Source: Bacilli bacterium | GTDB lineage: Bacteria; Bacillota_I; Bacilli_A; RFN20; CAG-826 | Length of the DNA stretch: 58,756 bases | NCBI GenBank assembly: GCA_024683495.1 | Contig: JAIKYF010000071.1 | Span: 1 to 58,756, forward strand | Reading direction: 5' to 3' | Shown here: positions 1-9,658 of the stretch, in pieces | Position numbering within the stretch: the stretch's first letter is position 1 | Layout of the letters: every line of letters begins with the position of its first letter | Notes under the pieces: model-generated | Databases searched by the model: none | The model's input: the letters and a program-made list of their open reading frames with translations, nothing else | Told to the model about the DNA's origin: nothing | Program-made: the position numbers and the translations under genes

Positions 1-427
1 GATCGAGAGGTTTGGTGGTCGCGGTCAAGGTCGTGGTGATCTCAATCATCAAGGCTAAGCGGAGGATGACTCTTCCAGCCTCTAAGAATGAATCCCACCA
101 AATCGCATAGTTACCGATATAGAAAGCGATGCCGACGGTTGGATTGGCTCTTGGGGTGATGACGAAGATGATTAAGAGGAATATCACCATGATCCATAGA
201 GATTTAAGATTCGAAAGGATCTGGGTGATCTTCATATGGGAAGAGATGAGAATGGTTGAGAAGACCACGAGGGCGATGCCTTCCATCGTGAAGGTCATGG
301 CCCAGTTTTTCATCGGCATGAAAATCGCGACGATGAACGCCACGAGGGCCAAGATCTTGCACCTTGGGTCCATCCGATGGACCAAGGAATCATAGGGGAT
401 ATAGCGTCCAAGACTCAAAGTGTTCAT
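1..427 (-). CDS. ecfT: ECF transporter transmembrane (T) component. The N-terminal part is present and the C-terminus runs off the window edge.
   Basis: The minus-strand translation from ATG 427-425 reads MNTLSLGRYIPYDSLVHRMDPRCKILALVAFIVAIF...LRLALMIEITTTLTATTKPLD, which is typical of EcfT. The start overlaps the ecfA2 stop (ATGA). It lies downstream of ecfA1-ecfA2. It is not in the ORF track because it is truncated. Confidence 0.8.
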   Translation of the reverse strand, partial: MNTLSLGRYIPYDSLVHRMDPRCKILALVAFIVAIFMPMKNWAMTFTMEGIALVVFSTILISSHMKITQILSNLKSLWIMVIFLLIIFVITPRANPTVGIAFYIGNYAIWWDSFLEAGRVILRLALMIEITTTLTATTKPLD

Positions 428-1275
428 TTCTTGGACTCCTTAATCGCTTTAGCGAGGCTATTAACGTCATTTAAGCCATCTAATTTTAAATCGATCCCCT
501 TCTCTTTCATCATGAGGGCGAAACGATAAATATCGGGGTTTTGCAAGGAATATTTGCTTAAATCCTCACCAAAGAGTTCTTCTGGGGAGCATTGTTTGGC
601 GACTTCTCCTTCATCCATGACCACCACTTCTTCGGCATATTCCAAAACGAGGTTCATATCATGGGTGACGAAGATGATCCCAACCCCGGATTTATTGATT
701 TCCTTAAATAGTTCCATCGTATCTTCGGCAGCTTTTGGATCAAGTCCGGCGGTTGGTTCGTCAAGAATCAAGACATCGGGATGGATGGCTAAGATGCCGG
801 CGATGGCGACCTTTCTTTTCTCCCCTCCCGATAAATCGAAGGGGGAACGGGTGAAGAAAGATTCATCAAGCCCAATCTGAAGAAGGGCTTCATGAGCCTG
901 CTTAATGGCCTCTTCTTGGGGGATACCGAAATTCCTCGGCCCGAAAGCGACGTCTTTTTCGACCGTTTCCTCGAATAATTGATATTCGGGGAATTGGAAG
1001 ACGAGGCCGATTCTCTTCCGAAGATCTTTGACGTTTTTGGTTCTCTCTTTCTTATTGGAGGAGTTGACGTAATCAAAGGCCAAAACCTTGCCTTCGGTAG
1101 GATGAAGAAGACCATTGATGTGGTTGATGAGGGTGGATTTCCCCGAGCCGGTTTTGCCGACTAAGGCCGTGAATTTCTTCTCATCGAGGTCGAGATTGAT
1201 GTTTTTGAGGGCATCAAAACGCATCGGCGTTTTCGGAGAATAGATATGAGAGACGTTGATAAACTTTATCGGCAT
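424..1275 (-). CDS. ecfA2: ECF transporter ATPase component 2
   Basis: Walker A GKTGSGKST, ABC signature LSGGEKRKVAIAG and Walker B LILDEPTAGLD. It sits in the classic ecfA1-ecfA2-ecfT arrangement. Confidence 0.9.
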   Translation of the reverse strand: MPIKFINVSHIYSPKTPMRFDALKNINLDLDEKKFTALVGKTGSGKSTLINHINGLLHPTEGKVLAFDYVNSSNKKERTKNVKDLRKRIGLVFQFPEYQLFEETVEKDVAFGPRNFGIPQEEAIKQAHEALLQIGLDESFFTRSPFDLSGGEKRKVAIAGILAIHPDVLILDEPTAGLDPKAAEDTMELFKEINKSGVGIIFVTHDMNLVLEYAEEVVVMDEGEVAKQCSPEELFGEDLSKYSLQNPDIYRFALMMKEKGIDLKLDGLNDVNSLAKAIKESKK

Positions 1276-2084
1276 AGGAAATCCCTCAATTCTTCTTCGG
1301 TTTTTATAGAGGTGGGCACTTCAATCCCCTGCTCTAGTAAGGCGTTGATAAGCGATCTAAGGAAAGGGACGCCTAAACGAATCTTCTTTAGCTCCTCTTC
1401 ATGGGAGAAGACTTCATCTGGGGTGCCTTCTAGATAGAGAGCCCCATCATTGAGGACTAAGACTTTATCGGCCCCGGCGGCCTCTTCGACATCGTGGGTG
1501 ATGCTTAAAACGGTTAGGGTCGGATTCTCTTTCCTGATTTCCTTGATGAGGTCCAAGATCCCTTTTTTGCCTTTTGGATCAAGCATCGAAGTTGCTTCAT
1601 CCAAAATGAGGATCTTGGGGTTCATGGCTAAGATGCCGGCGATGGCGACTCTTTGCTTTTGTCCGCCAGAAAGATTCTCGGGGGCGGAGTCAAGGAACTT
1701 CTCCATTCCGACTTTGGTGCTGTATTCAAGGATGATGTCATCCATTTTCGCTGGCAAAACCTGCCTATTTTCTAATCCAAAGGCAATATCATCGCGGATG
1801 GTGGAGCCGACGAATTGATTATCGGGGTTTTGGAAGACGAGACCAATATCGGCGCGGATTTTCCTTAGGGTGCTTTTCTCTAAGAGAGTTTCAAGGATCT
1901 TGATCTCCCCTTTATAGCCGGATAATAAGCCGGCGAGAAGCTGGACTAATGTGGATTTGCCTGAGCCATTGTGGCCAATGATCGCGACATATTCCCCTTC
2001 TTCAACCGAAAAAGAGAAATCCCGAAGGACTTCTTTGCTTTCGTCATAGGAATAGGTGAGATTTTTTACTTCAATGGCCTTCAT
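1266..2084 (-). CDS. ecfA1: ECF transporter ATPase component 1
   Basis: Walker A GHNGSGKST, signature LSGGQKQRVAIAG and Walker B LILDEATSMLD. It overlaps ecfA2 by 10 nt. Confidence 0.9.
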   Translation of the reverse strand: MKAIEVKNLTYSYDESKEVLRDFSFSVEEGEYVAIIGHNGSGKSTLVQLLAGLLSGYKGEIKILETLLEKSTLRKIRADIGLVFQNPDNQFVGSTIRDDIAFGLENRQVLPAKMDDIILEYSTKVGMEKFLDSAPENLSGGQKQRVAIAGILAMNPKILILDEATSMLDPKGKKGILDLIKEIRKENPTLTVLSITHDVEEAAGADKVLVLNDGALYLEGTPDEVFSHEEELKKIRLGVPFLRSLINALLEQGIEVPTSIKTEEELRDFLCR

Positions 2085-2280
2085 TGTCTTTTTTCTTTTT
2101 CCTCTTCCAAAGGATTTCGTTGATGACTATCGTCATGATGAATAAGAAAATGACGATGCCTAGAACAAGCCACTTGACCCATTCGGGGTTAAAGCTAAAG
2201 GAGACCCCGACTAAGGTGCCGCCTACTAATAGATAGGCAAGAAAGATGACGATGAAACGATATAAGAAACCCTTTTTCAT
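2071..2280 (-). CDS. Small two-TM membrane protein of unknown function
   Basis: 69-aa ORF with two hydrophobic helices and a KRKKKK tail. It is wedged between comEB and ecfA1 with overlapping stop and start codons. Confidence 0.45.
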   Translation of the reverse strand: MKKGFLYRFIVIFLAYLLVGGTLVGVSFSFNPEWVKWLVLGIVIFLFIMTIVINEILWKRKKKKDNEGH

Positions 2281-2762
2281 TATTGGACCTTGATTAAGAT
2301 GTCTTTCCCCTCGTAGTGGCGGACTTTGACTCCGGCCATCTCGAAGATTTTTCTAGATGCTTGGTAGATTACTTGGTCCCCATGGAAGTCTTCCATATAG
2401 ACCACTTCTTTTATTCCGACCTGAACGATGGCTTTGGCGCATTCGTTGCAGGGGAATAAAGTCACATAGAGGGTGCAGCCATTGAGGCGAGAGCCATCTC
2501 TAGTGTTGAGGATCGCATTGAATTCGGCATGGCAAACATAGAGATATTTGCTGAGCAACCCCTCTCCATGTCCCCAGGGGACTTTCTCATCATCGACCCC
2601 GCGGGGCATGCCGTTATAGCCGATGGAGACGACTTTATGCTCGGTGTCGACGATGCAGGAACCGACCTGAGTCGAGGGATCTTTGGAACGGAGTGAGGAG
2701 AGTTTGGCCATCCCCATGAAGTATTCGTCCCACTTAAGATAATCTTTGCGATGCTCTTCCAT
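2280..2762 (-). CDS. comEB: dCMP deaminase (ComEB family)
   Basis: Zinc-binding cytidine/deoxycytidylate deaminase motifs HAEFNAI and PCNECAKAI. The 160-aa size is typical. Confidence 0.85.
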   Translation of the reverse strand: MEEHRKDYLKWDEYFMGMAKLSSLRSKDPSTQVGSCIVDTEHKVVSIGYNGMPRGVDDEKVPWGHGEGLLSKYLYVCHAEFNAILNTRDGSRLNGCTLYVTLFPCNECAKAIVQVGIKEVVYMEDFHGDQVIYQASRKIFEMAGVKVRHYEGKDILIKVQ

Positions 2763-2865
2763 AGATAATCCTCCAAAACTCTAATATATTACTATCTTTG
2801 CTCCTAAATTAAACTAAAAGAAAAATCATAGATTTTCTTTAAAGGCGAATTTATGAGCAAAATAG

Positions 2866-2893
2866 GCAAAAAAGAAAACCCTCGAGCGAGGGC
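2866..2893 (-). terminator. Rho-independent terminator after the wHTH regulator gene
   Basis: On the minus strand, a GCCCTCG ctc GAGGG hairpin is followed by TTTTCTTTTTT. Confidence 0.6.
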
Positions 2894-2911
2894 TTTGCTT
2901 TTGCTAGATTA

Positions 2912-3235
2912 CTAGAATCTTGAGAGCATCACTAATCTATAGCCGGTGCCATAGACGCTGTCGACGCGGGCTCCTTTGATGTAGGCCAATTTCTTACGGA
3001 TTGAAGAAATGTGGACATCAATCGTTCTTGTCGGAGAGATCGACTTATCCCCCCAGATCAGTTTGATAAGGTCAGCACGTGCAACAACATTGGGACGACG
3101 GGCATAGAGTTCTTTGAGAATTTTCCATTCTAAAGGGGTGAATTTGACATGGTACCTGTAGTAGCTCAAGGTTCTTTTCTCAACATCGCATTTGACAATA
3201 GAACCATCGAGACGTTGGATCTCAATTTCTGGCAT
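2912..3235 (-). CDS. Stand-alone OmpR/PhoB-type winged-helix DNA-binding protein with no receiver domain
   Basis: 107 aa. The pattern LTPLEWKILKELYARRPNVV...DLIKLIWGD...TRTIDVHISSIRKKL...VYGTGYRL matches the Trans_reg_C effector-domain consensus. No CheY-like N-terminus is present. Confidence 0.75.
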   Translation of the reverse strand: MPEIEIQRLDGSIVKCDVEKRTLSYYRYHVKFTPLEWKILKELYARRPNVVARADLIKLIWGDKSISPTRTIDVHISSIRKKLAYIKGARVDSVYGTGYRLVMLSRF

Positions 3236-3513
3236 GCAACCTAACCTCCATTCTTTGCTTACCTCAAGTATTTCTTGAGGGTGTGAATATTTTTATACAA
3301 ACGATAGAAATATCAAGAACTATCGCAAAACTCTCGAACATTTATACAACTTTATCTAAAATTGTCGTTTTATTTATTAAATACGGACAAATTCGGAGAG
3401 TTTCCACTTATATTCTTCCTATTTTTTAAAAAATGTCAACGGTAATCGAATAAATGTTAGTCTAAACTACTCGTTTTTCTACCATTATTCGAAATATTTT
3501 AATTTATCAGTTC

Positions 3514-3699
3514 CTAAATTTTTTGAAGAATTTTAATGGCAACGAAAAGTCCGATCGCGATGAGAACGAGGGCACTGAAAAAAACTATCCATTTCATTCT
3601 GGCTCTTTTCTCTCTTCTGATGTCTTCCTCGCTTTGCTCTTCGATCAAAGCTTCGACATCTTGCTCTACTTTTTCTTTCTTTTCTTCATTATCCATCAA
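3514..3699 (-). CDS. Small single-pass membrane protein with an acidic N-terminus
   Basis: 61-aa ORF with an E/K-rich N-terminus followed by one TM helix (WIVFFSALVLIAIGLFVAI). It overlaps the stop of the upstream gene by 11 nt. Confidence 0.4.
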   Translation of the reverse strand: MMDNEEKKEKVEQDVEALIEEQSEEDIRREKRARMKWIVFFSALVLIAIGLFVAIKILQKI

Positions 3700-4495
3700 C
3701 GATCGCTCCTCTTTTATGATATATCGACTCGAAGTAGCGGAATAACCAACTATTCAAGAAGGACATTAATAAGATATTGACGGGGCTTCCGATCAATAAC
3801 ATCACAAGGAAATATAAAAATCCCATCGGCCACCGGGAACTGGCCAAGAAATTATACCAGGTGTAGAAAGCCAAGGACTTAAAGAAGACCATTAATAGGA
3901 GCTCGCAGACGCTGGAGATGAGACCGATCTGATAAGGAGAAAGATAACTTCCGCTTCCTCTATCTTTTTTCTTATAGACCCTATTGACGAAATAAAGGCC
4001 GACTCCCGTCGTGAGGAAGACGACAAACATCAGCCCGATTAATAAGGGTTTGAAGAAAGATGGGTATTTAGAGAAATTCTCATCTAGGGAATGGTCAAAG
4101 GCCAAGAATATAGTGAGGCCGACGAAAGTCACTAAGAAGAGAGAATAAAGGATGATCATCGAGAGTCTTTCGGAGTGAATTTTCCGGACCAAAATTTGCA
4201 AAATCCACGGCAAAACCCCCATAAAACCATAAACGATGGTGATAAGGAAGTTGAATTCTCCGGTTGGAAAAGTCAAAGCCGGAATCAAATCGCTGAAGGC
4301 GCCGACAATCATTCCATAGAATGGTCCAAGGACCATGGAGGAAAACAGAATGATTGTCGGAGTCAAAGAGAAGCGGATGAAAGTGAAATTGGGAACGGTG
4401 AAAAGCTTAGCGACATAGGTCGAGGCTAAGGCTAAGGCCAGCATCAAGGCGGCTAAAGTGATTTTCTGAACGGGTTTTAAGCCAAATCTGTTCAT
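3689..4495 (-). CDS. Putative ECF transporter S-component (folate-family-like) with a C-terminal extension
   Basis: Polytopic membrane protein. Its N-terminal region, KITLAALMLALALAS...IRFSLTPTIILFSSMVLGPFYGMIVGAFSDLI, resembles ECF S-components. It is translationally coupled to folC. Confidence 0.55.
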   Translation of the reverse strand: MNRFGLKPVQKITLAALMLALALASTYVAKLFTVPNFTFIRFSLTPTIILFSSMVLGPFYGMIVGAFSDLIPALTFPTGEFNFLITIVYGFMGVLPWILQILVRKIHSERLSMIILYSLFLVTFVGLTIFLAFDHSLDENFSKYPSFFKPLLIGLMFVVFLTTGVGLYFVNRVYKKKDRGSGSYLSPYQIGLISSVCELLLMVFFKSLAFYTWYNFLASSRWPMGFLYFLVMLLIGSPVNILLMSFLNSWLFRYFESIYHKRGAIVDG

Positions 4496-5730
4496 AGCTT
4501 CAGTTCCTCGGTGACGTAAGTACGCGCCAAGGAAGCGAAAGCTAAGCTACCAGTGATCAAAACGATGTCATCGGGATACTTGCTAACACAATCGGATATG
4601 GCGGCTCTATAATCCTCTTCATAGGGGTATTCGAAAGCGAATAGCCCGAAGTCTTCTTGTTTCCTAGCCCGAGGATGAGGGAAGCTAGTCAAGGTGATAT
4701 CGGCTCCGTTGGTACCGAGCACCGGGAGCTCATTCATGATGTTTTTATCGGTGAAACTGCCAAAGATAACGTGTAATTGCTTGCCATTTCTCATTAAAGC
4801 TTCGCTTTTGCAGAGGGCTTTGATGGCTTCAGGGTTATGGGCCCCGTCGATATAGACGTTATGGTGACGTTCAAGGCGGCCTTCCAAGGGTTTGGCGAGA
4901 AGGCCCTTACGGATGGAGTTTTCATCAACTGGGAGAGCTTCGTTGAGCATCAAAGATGCTTGAACGGCGATTGAGGCATCGATGATCATGTAGTACGCCA
5001 TCGAGAGAATCTCAAGTTTGGTATAGGGGCTATAGTCGAAACGGAAATATGGGGCGTCATATTGCTCATGATAATAATAGCCAAGACGGACGATTTTGGC
5101 GTTTTTCTTCCGGCAATCGGCCGCGATGACGTCAAAGACCTCATCGTTGACCTCTCCGACAAGGGCTAAGCCATTGGTTTTGATGATGCCGGCTTTGTTA
5201 TAGGCGATTTCTGAATAGGTCGTGCCTAAGAATTCGGTGTGCTCCAAAGCGACGGTCGTGATGATGCTTAAGAGGGGCTTATCGTTATAAAGAGTCGTGG
5301 CATCGGTGATTCCACCCATGCCGGTCTCGATGATGGCGACGTCAGGCTTAACTTCATTAAAATAAGTATAGGCGATATAGACCATGATCTCGAAAGTCGA
5401 GAGTTCATATTTGGCGATTTCTTTTTCTTTTTCGTTAAAAATCCTTAACAAATCCCCTTCGGAAATCATTTTGTCATCGATTTTGATCATCTCTTTGATG
5501 TCATAAAGATATGGGGAGGTGAAGGTCGCGACTTTATAGCCTTTGGCTTTATAGATCTCTTTTAGATAATGGACGGTGGAGCCTTTTCCGTTAGTTCCGG
5601 TCACGTGGATGAAAGGAACCCCTAAGGAGAGCTTAGTCTTACTAACGAAAGCATCCCAGCCTTCCCTATCGTATCTAAGCATCGTCAAATCCTTTTGCTT
5701 AAGGTATTCGAGCAGTTCTTGATAGTTCAT
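4492..5730 (-). CDS. folC: Folylpolyglutamate synthase / dihydrofolate synthase family
   Basis: Mur-ligase P-loop HVTGTNGKGST, typical length of 412 aa and overall FolC-like sequence. Confidence 0.85.
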   Translation of the reverse strand: MNYQELLEYLKQKDLTMLRYDREGWDAFVSKTKLSLGVPFIHVTGTNGKGSTVHYLKEIYKAKGYKVATFTSPYLYDIKEMIKIDDKMISEGDLLRIFNEKEKEIAKYELSTFEIMVYIAYTYFNEVKPDVAIIETGMGGITDATTLYNDKPLLSIITTVALEHTEFLGTTYSEIAYNKAGIIKTNGLALVGEVNDEVFDVIAADCRKKNAKIVRLGYYYHEQYDAPYFRFDYSPYTKLEILSMAYYMIIDASIAVQASLMLNEALPVDENSIRKGLLAKPLEGRLERHHNVYIDGAHNPEAIKALCKSEALMRNGKQLHVIFGSFTDKNIMNELPVLGTNGADITLTSFPHPRARKQEDFGLFAFEYPYEEDYRAAISDCVSKYPDDIVLITGSLAFASLARTYVTEELKL

Positions 5731-5731
5731 C

Positions 5732-6205
5732 TTAATCCTCGCTTTCTCCGGAGTGGCGGACTTTGTTTAATTTGCGTTCCACATCCCTTTCTTTGATGGA
5801 TTCGCGTTTATCGTGGAGCTGCTTGCCTTTGGCAAGGGCGATTTCGAGTTTGGCATAGCCATGGGACAAGAAACACTTGGTGGGGACGCAGGTAAAGCCT
5901 TTAAGGCGAAGGGCCTCATCGATTTTCTTGATTTCCCTCTTATTCAAAAGAAGCTTTCTATCGCGGAGATGATCGACGTTATAGATGGTCCCTTCTTTAT
6001 AGGGGGCGATGTGCATGTTGGCAATGAAGGCTTCGCCGTTTTTGACATAGACATAGGCTTCATTGATGCCGGCGTTACGACCTCTGAGGGATTTGATTTC
6101 GGTCCCGGTTAAAACGAGTCCCGCGACCATGAAGTCACTGAGAAAATAGAGGAAATGGGCTTTCCTATTCTCTAATAATGTGGCGGAATCTTTCTTTCTG
6201 GACAT
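5732..6205 (-). CDS. smpB: SsrA-binding protein
   Basis: 157 aa with SmpB-like segments ENRKAHFLY...GLVLTGTEIKSLR...HIAPY...RDRKLLL. Confidence 0.92.
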   Translation of the reverse strand: MSRKKDSATLLENRKAHFLYFLSDFMVAGLVLTGTEIKSLRGRNAGINEAYVYVKNGEAFIANMHIAPYKEGTIYNVDHLRDRKLLLNKREIKKIDEALRLKGFTCVPTKCFLSHGYAKLEIALAKGKQLHDKRESIKERDVERKLNKVRHSGESED

Positions 6206-6238
6206 AAATCTCCTTTGAGGGGTAATTATACGCTTTGC

Positions 6239-7891
6239 TTAATCTCTTTCTATAGTCAAAGAGCATTTGTAGCCGTTTTCTGTCTGTTTTATGCCGTTTA
6301 TTTTAATGGCATAACCGAATTCTTTGCCGTTATTGAAGAGGGCTTTGCCCTTCTCATCATGTTCGACGAAGAAATCTTTGAATTTCTCCATGTTGAAGAG
6401 ATAGCGGTCTTCCTCGGCTTGGAAGAGGGTCCCATTATTGGCGTAGAACATCTTCTGGTAATAAGGGGATTCCTCATTAGCGTAGTTCTCATTCCGGAAG
6501 GTGAATTTGCCATTCGCTTCCATCAGATGGATGAGATTGGCCCCGGGCTTATAGGTCTCAGGATATAGAGAGCTTCTAGAAGTATTGGAGGCAGCGATGC
6601 GGAAAAAGGAATTCTGCCCGGTGGATAATTTTAGGAATTCCTTATTGGTGACATCGACCCCGAATTCGTAATTGGCGGAGGAAGTATAATGGGCCATCCT
6701 GGAGTCGACATGGGAGATTTTGACTCCGGGGATATAGTATCCTCTCGGATAAGAAAGATAGTGAGAGGAGGAAGAATCGACCGCGTTTAAGCCAGAGGGA
6801 GAATAGAGTTCCACCATCATGAACTCATCAAAGGCGGTCCCGTTAGGCTCATCATAATAGGAAGGGATGATGAGTAAATCCCCTTCATTGGCCGAGTTGA
6901 TCTCAACGTCTAGAGGGAAGCTCATGTCCTTAGTGATGAGGTATGGCTCAACCCAACCTAAGGCGTATTTGCTCCACATATTGTGGTCGAGGATATTGCA
7001 ATCCATCATATCGAGCCCACCGACTGGATCGGTGAATTTATAGTTGTTGTCGGTGTAGGATTTATTGTCGCGGGAATAATTATAATAATCGGCCAAACCG
7101 AAGAGATGGCCGGTTTCATGGATGAAGGTGTGGCTATCGACCCCTTCTCCTTTTTTGACTCCCTTATACATGAAATCTTTGGAAGCCCAGACGAAGGAGC
7201 AGGCGTTGGGGGAATTCTTGTTGGCCCCGATGGTGTTGTCCCAAGAGACAAAGGCCCAAAGGATGGATTTTGCCTCATCGCTTAAGGAGTATTTGCTGAA
7301 TTCCTCTGAGAGATAATCGGGGGCGGCATAGACTAGATACACCGCGTCGATTAAGCCATTCTCATCTTGGTCGAAGGGCTTGAAGTCCACTTCCGCCTCT
7401 TTGTATTTCGTGATCGCGGTTCTAAGCAATCTCGTGCCGATCTGATTTCTTGAGGTCGTCGAATTGACGAATTCATAAACCGTCTGATTGGTCTCGTAAG
7501 GATCAAGAATGGTCGCATTGAAACTGACGTTTCCAAAAGACGACTTCTCATAGAATGAAGTGAGAGATTCATAATATTTCGGCTTTTTGGAATTGAAGGC
7601 CGCATCTAAATCCATTAATGACGAATCATCGAATTTGTAATCGTTGAAATTGACAGGGATGACGACGACATTGAAGTCTCCTTTAGAGGGGAGAGAGTCC
7701 ATCCGATGGCCCTGGCTTTGATAGAAGAAATCATGATAGACGAGGCTTGAAGCGGCGGATTTTTCTAAATCCACGCCGGGTTTGTAGGTAAAAACGATGT
7801 TTGAGCCCTTTTGGGCGCATGAAGAAAGAAAGGCTACGCTGAGTAAGAGAATCGATTTAGAGAAAAAGCCATTCTTGTTCATGGCTTTCAT
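6239..7891 (-). CDS. Lipoprotein zinc metalloprotease, M6 (immune inhibitor A)-like
   Basis: Signal peptide with lipobox LSVAFLSSC. HExxH zinc motif HETGHLFGLADYY. N-terminal VVIPVNFND-type segment as in M6 family domains. Confidence 0.7.
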   Translation of the reverse strand: MKAMNKNGFFSKSILLLSVAFLSSCAQKGSNIVFTYKPGVDLEKSAASSLVYHDFFYQSQGHRMDSLPSKGDFNVVVIPVNFNDYKFDDSSLMDLDAAFNSKKPKYYESLTSFYEKSSFGNVSFNATILDPYETNQTVYEFVNSTTSRNQIGTRLLRTAITKYKEAEVDFKPFDQDENGLIDAVYLVYAAPDYLSEEFSKYSLSDEAKSILWAFVSWDNTIGANKNSPNACSFVWASKDFMYKGVKKGEGVDSHTFIHETGHLFGLADYYNYSRDNKSYTDNNYKFTDPVGGLDMMDCNILDHNMWSKYALGWVEPYLITKDMSFPLDVEINSANEGDLLIIPSYYDEPNGTAFDEFMMVELYSPSGLNAVDSSSSHYLSYPRGYYIPGVKISHVDSRMAHYTSSANYEFGVDVTNKEFLKLSTGQNSFFRIAASNTSRSSLYPETYKPGANLIHLMEANGKFTFRNENYANEESPYYQKMFYANNGTLFQAEEDRYLFNMEKFKDFFVEHDEKGKALFNNGKEFGYAIKINGIKQTENGYKCSLTIERD

Positions 7892-7920
7892 TATACTAGA
7901 GGATTTTTAAATCTCTACCT

Positions 7921-8592
7921 TTAAGGTAGTACATAGAAGTAAATCGAGACGAACATCAAGCCCATTCCGAGGATGACGAAGAAATGGAAAACGGTGTGCC
8001 ACCAGGGGGATTTTTTCTTGCCGATCGCATATAAAACCGCCCCGATTGTGTAGGCCACCCCTCCCATTAGCAGGAGGAAGACGGCAGGATAGAAGCCGAT
8101 GGCTTTGATTAGAGGAACCATCGAGATGACCACTAGCCAACCCATGCAGATATAGTTGATCATCGAGAATTTGGCGAATTTCTTGATGTCGCAGGAATTT
8201 AAGACGATGCCGAGGATCCCAAGGGCCACGCAGACTCCATACGTCGCCCAACCCCAGGCGGGGGAATAGCTTCTTAAGCCAATGAGGCAATAGGGAGCAT
8301 AGGTCCCCATGATCATGATGTAGATCATGTTGTGGTCCATGACCCGGAGAACCCTTTTGCCATTGTTTTTGGCTAAGCCATGATATAGGCAAGAGAAAAG
8401 GAACATCAAAAGCATCCCGAACATAAAGATGGAGACGGCGACGATGTTGATCGCCTCCCCCGTCTTCGCCGCCTTGATGATAATGAAAGGGGCCATGATG
8501 ATGGCAAACAAGGCGCCTAGACCATGTGAGATGGAGTTCCAGAGCTCTTGGGCAAGATTGTAGTTGGGTATCTCAATTTCCTTAACTGACAT
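7921..8592 (-). CDS. Hemolysin III / PAQR family membrane protein
   Basis: Seven-TM protein of 223 aa with PAQR-like motifs (NSISHGLGA..., MDHNMIYIMIMGTYAPY, WHTVFHFFVILG). Confidence 0.85.
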   Translation of the reverse strand: MSVKEIEIPNYNLAQELWNSISHGLGALFAIIMAPFIIIKAAKTGEAINIVAVSIFMFGMLLMFLFSCLYHGLAKNNGKRVLRVMDHNMIYIMIMGTYAPYCLIGLRSYSPAWGWATYGVCVALGILGIVLNSCDIKKFAKFSMINYICMGWLVVISMVPLIKAIGFYPAVFLLLMGGVAYTIGAVLYAIGKKKSPWWHTVFHFFVILGMGLMFVSIYFYVLP

Positions 8593-8671
8593 GGCTATAT
8601 CATAATAAGAAACTAAACAAAAGACAAGATAATCTTGTTTTGAAAACTAGATGATTTAAATTTAATCGATA

Positions 8672-9658
8672 TTATCTAGGGATTTTGTAATATTTTTTCT
8701 TACAATTTATAGTGATTTGTAAGGGAATTGCCTCGTTAATGGCCTTGATATATCGTTCGGAAGTTTTTCTAGAGATATAAAGAGCATTGGCATAAGAATC
8801 CAAATCGATTCCTCTAGAGGAGAAGGCGGAGGCAGAGATTAATTCCTCTAAGCCGGGGAGAGCCTCTACTTCTTCTAACCTATTTAGATAATCTCGTTTA
8901 ACTGAATTGCGGTTATAGATCTTAAGGAGGAGACCGCTATAGATAGAGGAGACTTTGGTTAAGAAATCATAGACATAAGGAGAGAGGTCGCCATGGTTAT
9001 TGGGATTGATGACAAGCTTATATTTATCGTTTAGATCCATTCCTAAGAGCTGATTCGCCAATAGGGATCCTCCTAGGGAAGTGATGTAAAAGCAGTTCGC
9101 AAAATTCTCTAAAATTTGAAATTGCGAAATGAAAGGATGTGCATGATGAAGGAAAAAGGCAAAGATGGCAGACTTAACTAGGGGGTCCAAGCCATAGATG
9201 TCTTTAACCGTCGAAGCGTATTTTAAATAAGTATCTCCAATTTCAGGATTGCCTTTTGAAGTATCATTCATCTCTTTCTTAAATAGATAAGGCCCACACA
9301 TGAGTGAATAGAATTTATTGAAGGAGGAGACATCTTCAAAAGGAAAAGAGAAACCACTTCTAAGAAGAGAGGCCCCATGCCCAATCATCTCATCATCAAA
9401 GTCATCGTCATATTGAAGGAATAATTCCTTTTCTAGCCGGGTTAGGCGGTTGAATAAACAATAGAATTCCGACTCTTTCGTCTCAATATCCGACAATAAA
9501 TATTTGATGGGGAGAGACTCATAATAGAAGAAATCTCCAAAAGTCTTGGTAGCATCGTTATTTTTAAGTCCTTCTAGATAACGAGCAAAAGACGCCTTCG
9601 AAAGAGACTTCTTCTTATCCGCTACTGAAAAATACTTGTAAATTGACGCGTATTTCAT
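8672..9658 (-). CDS. Hypothetical protein. It may be a degenerate Fic-fold protein with a C-terminal HTH.
   Basis: 328-aa ORF in an AT-rich setting. FFLHHAHPFISQFQILENF sits where a Fic core motif HPFx(D/E)GNGR would be, but it lacks GNGR. The C-terminal ISRKTSERYIKAINE is HTH-like. Confidence 0.55.
   Translation of the reverse strand: MKYASIYKYFSVADKKKSLSKASFARYLEGLKNNDATKTFGDFFYYESLPIKYLLSDIETKESEFYCLFNRLTRLEKELFLQYDDDFDDEMIGHGASLLRSGFSFPFEDVSSFNKFYSLMCGPYLFKKEMNDTSKGNPEIGDTYLKYASTVKDIYGLDPLVKSAIFAFFLHHAHPFISQFQILENFANCFYITSLGGSLLANQLLGMDLNDKYKLVINPNNHGDLSPYVYDFLTKVSSIYSGLLLKIYNRNSVKRDYLNRLEEVEALPGLEELISASAFSSRGIDLDSYANALYISRKTSERYIKAINEAIPLQITINCKKKYYKIPR

Noticed and set aside
129-395. 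88-aa plus-strand ORF from the track at the left edge
   Set aside because: It lies antisense to a clear EcfT reading frame (minus strand, 1-427) that is translationally coupled to ecfA2. Its sequence has no recognisable features.
7907-8392. 161-aa alternative-frame ORF inside the hemolysin III gene
   Set aside because: It is in a different frame of the same strand as a well-supported PAQR gene. Its composition (His/Arg/Leu-rich) is typical of an off-frame artefact.
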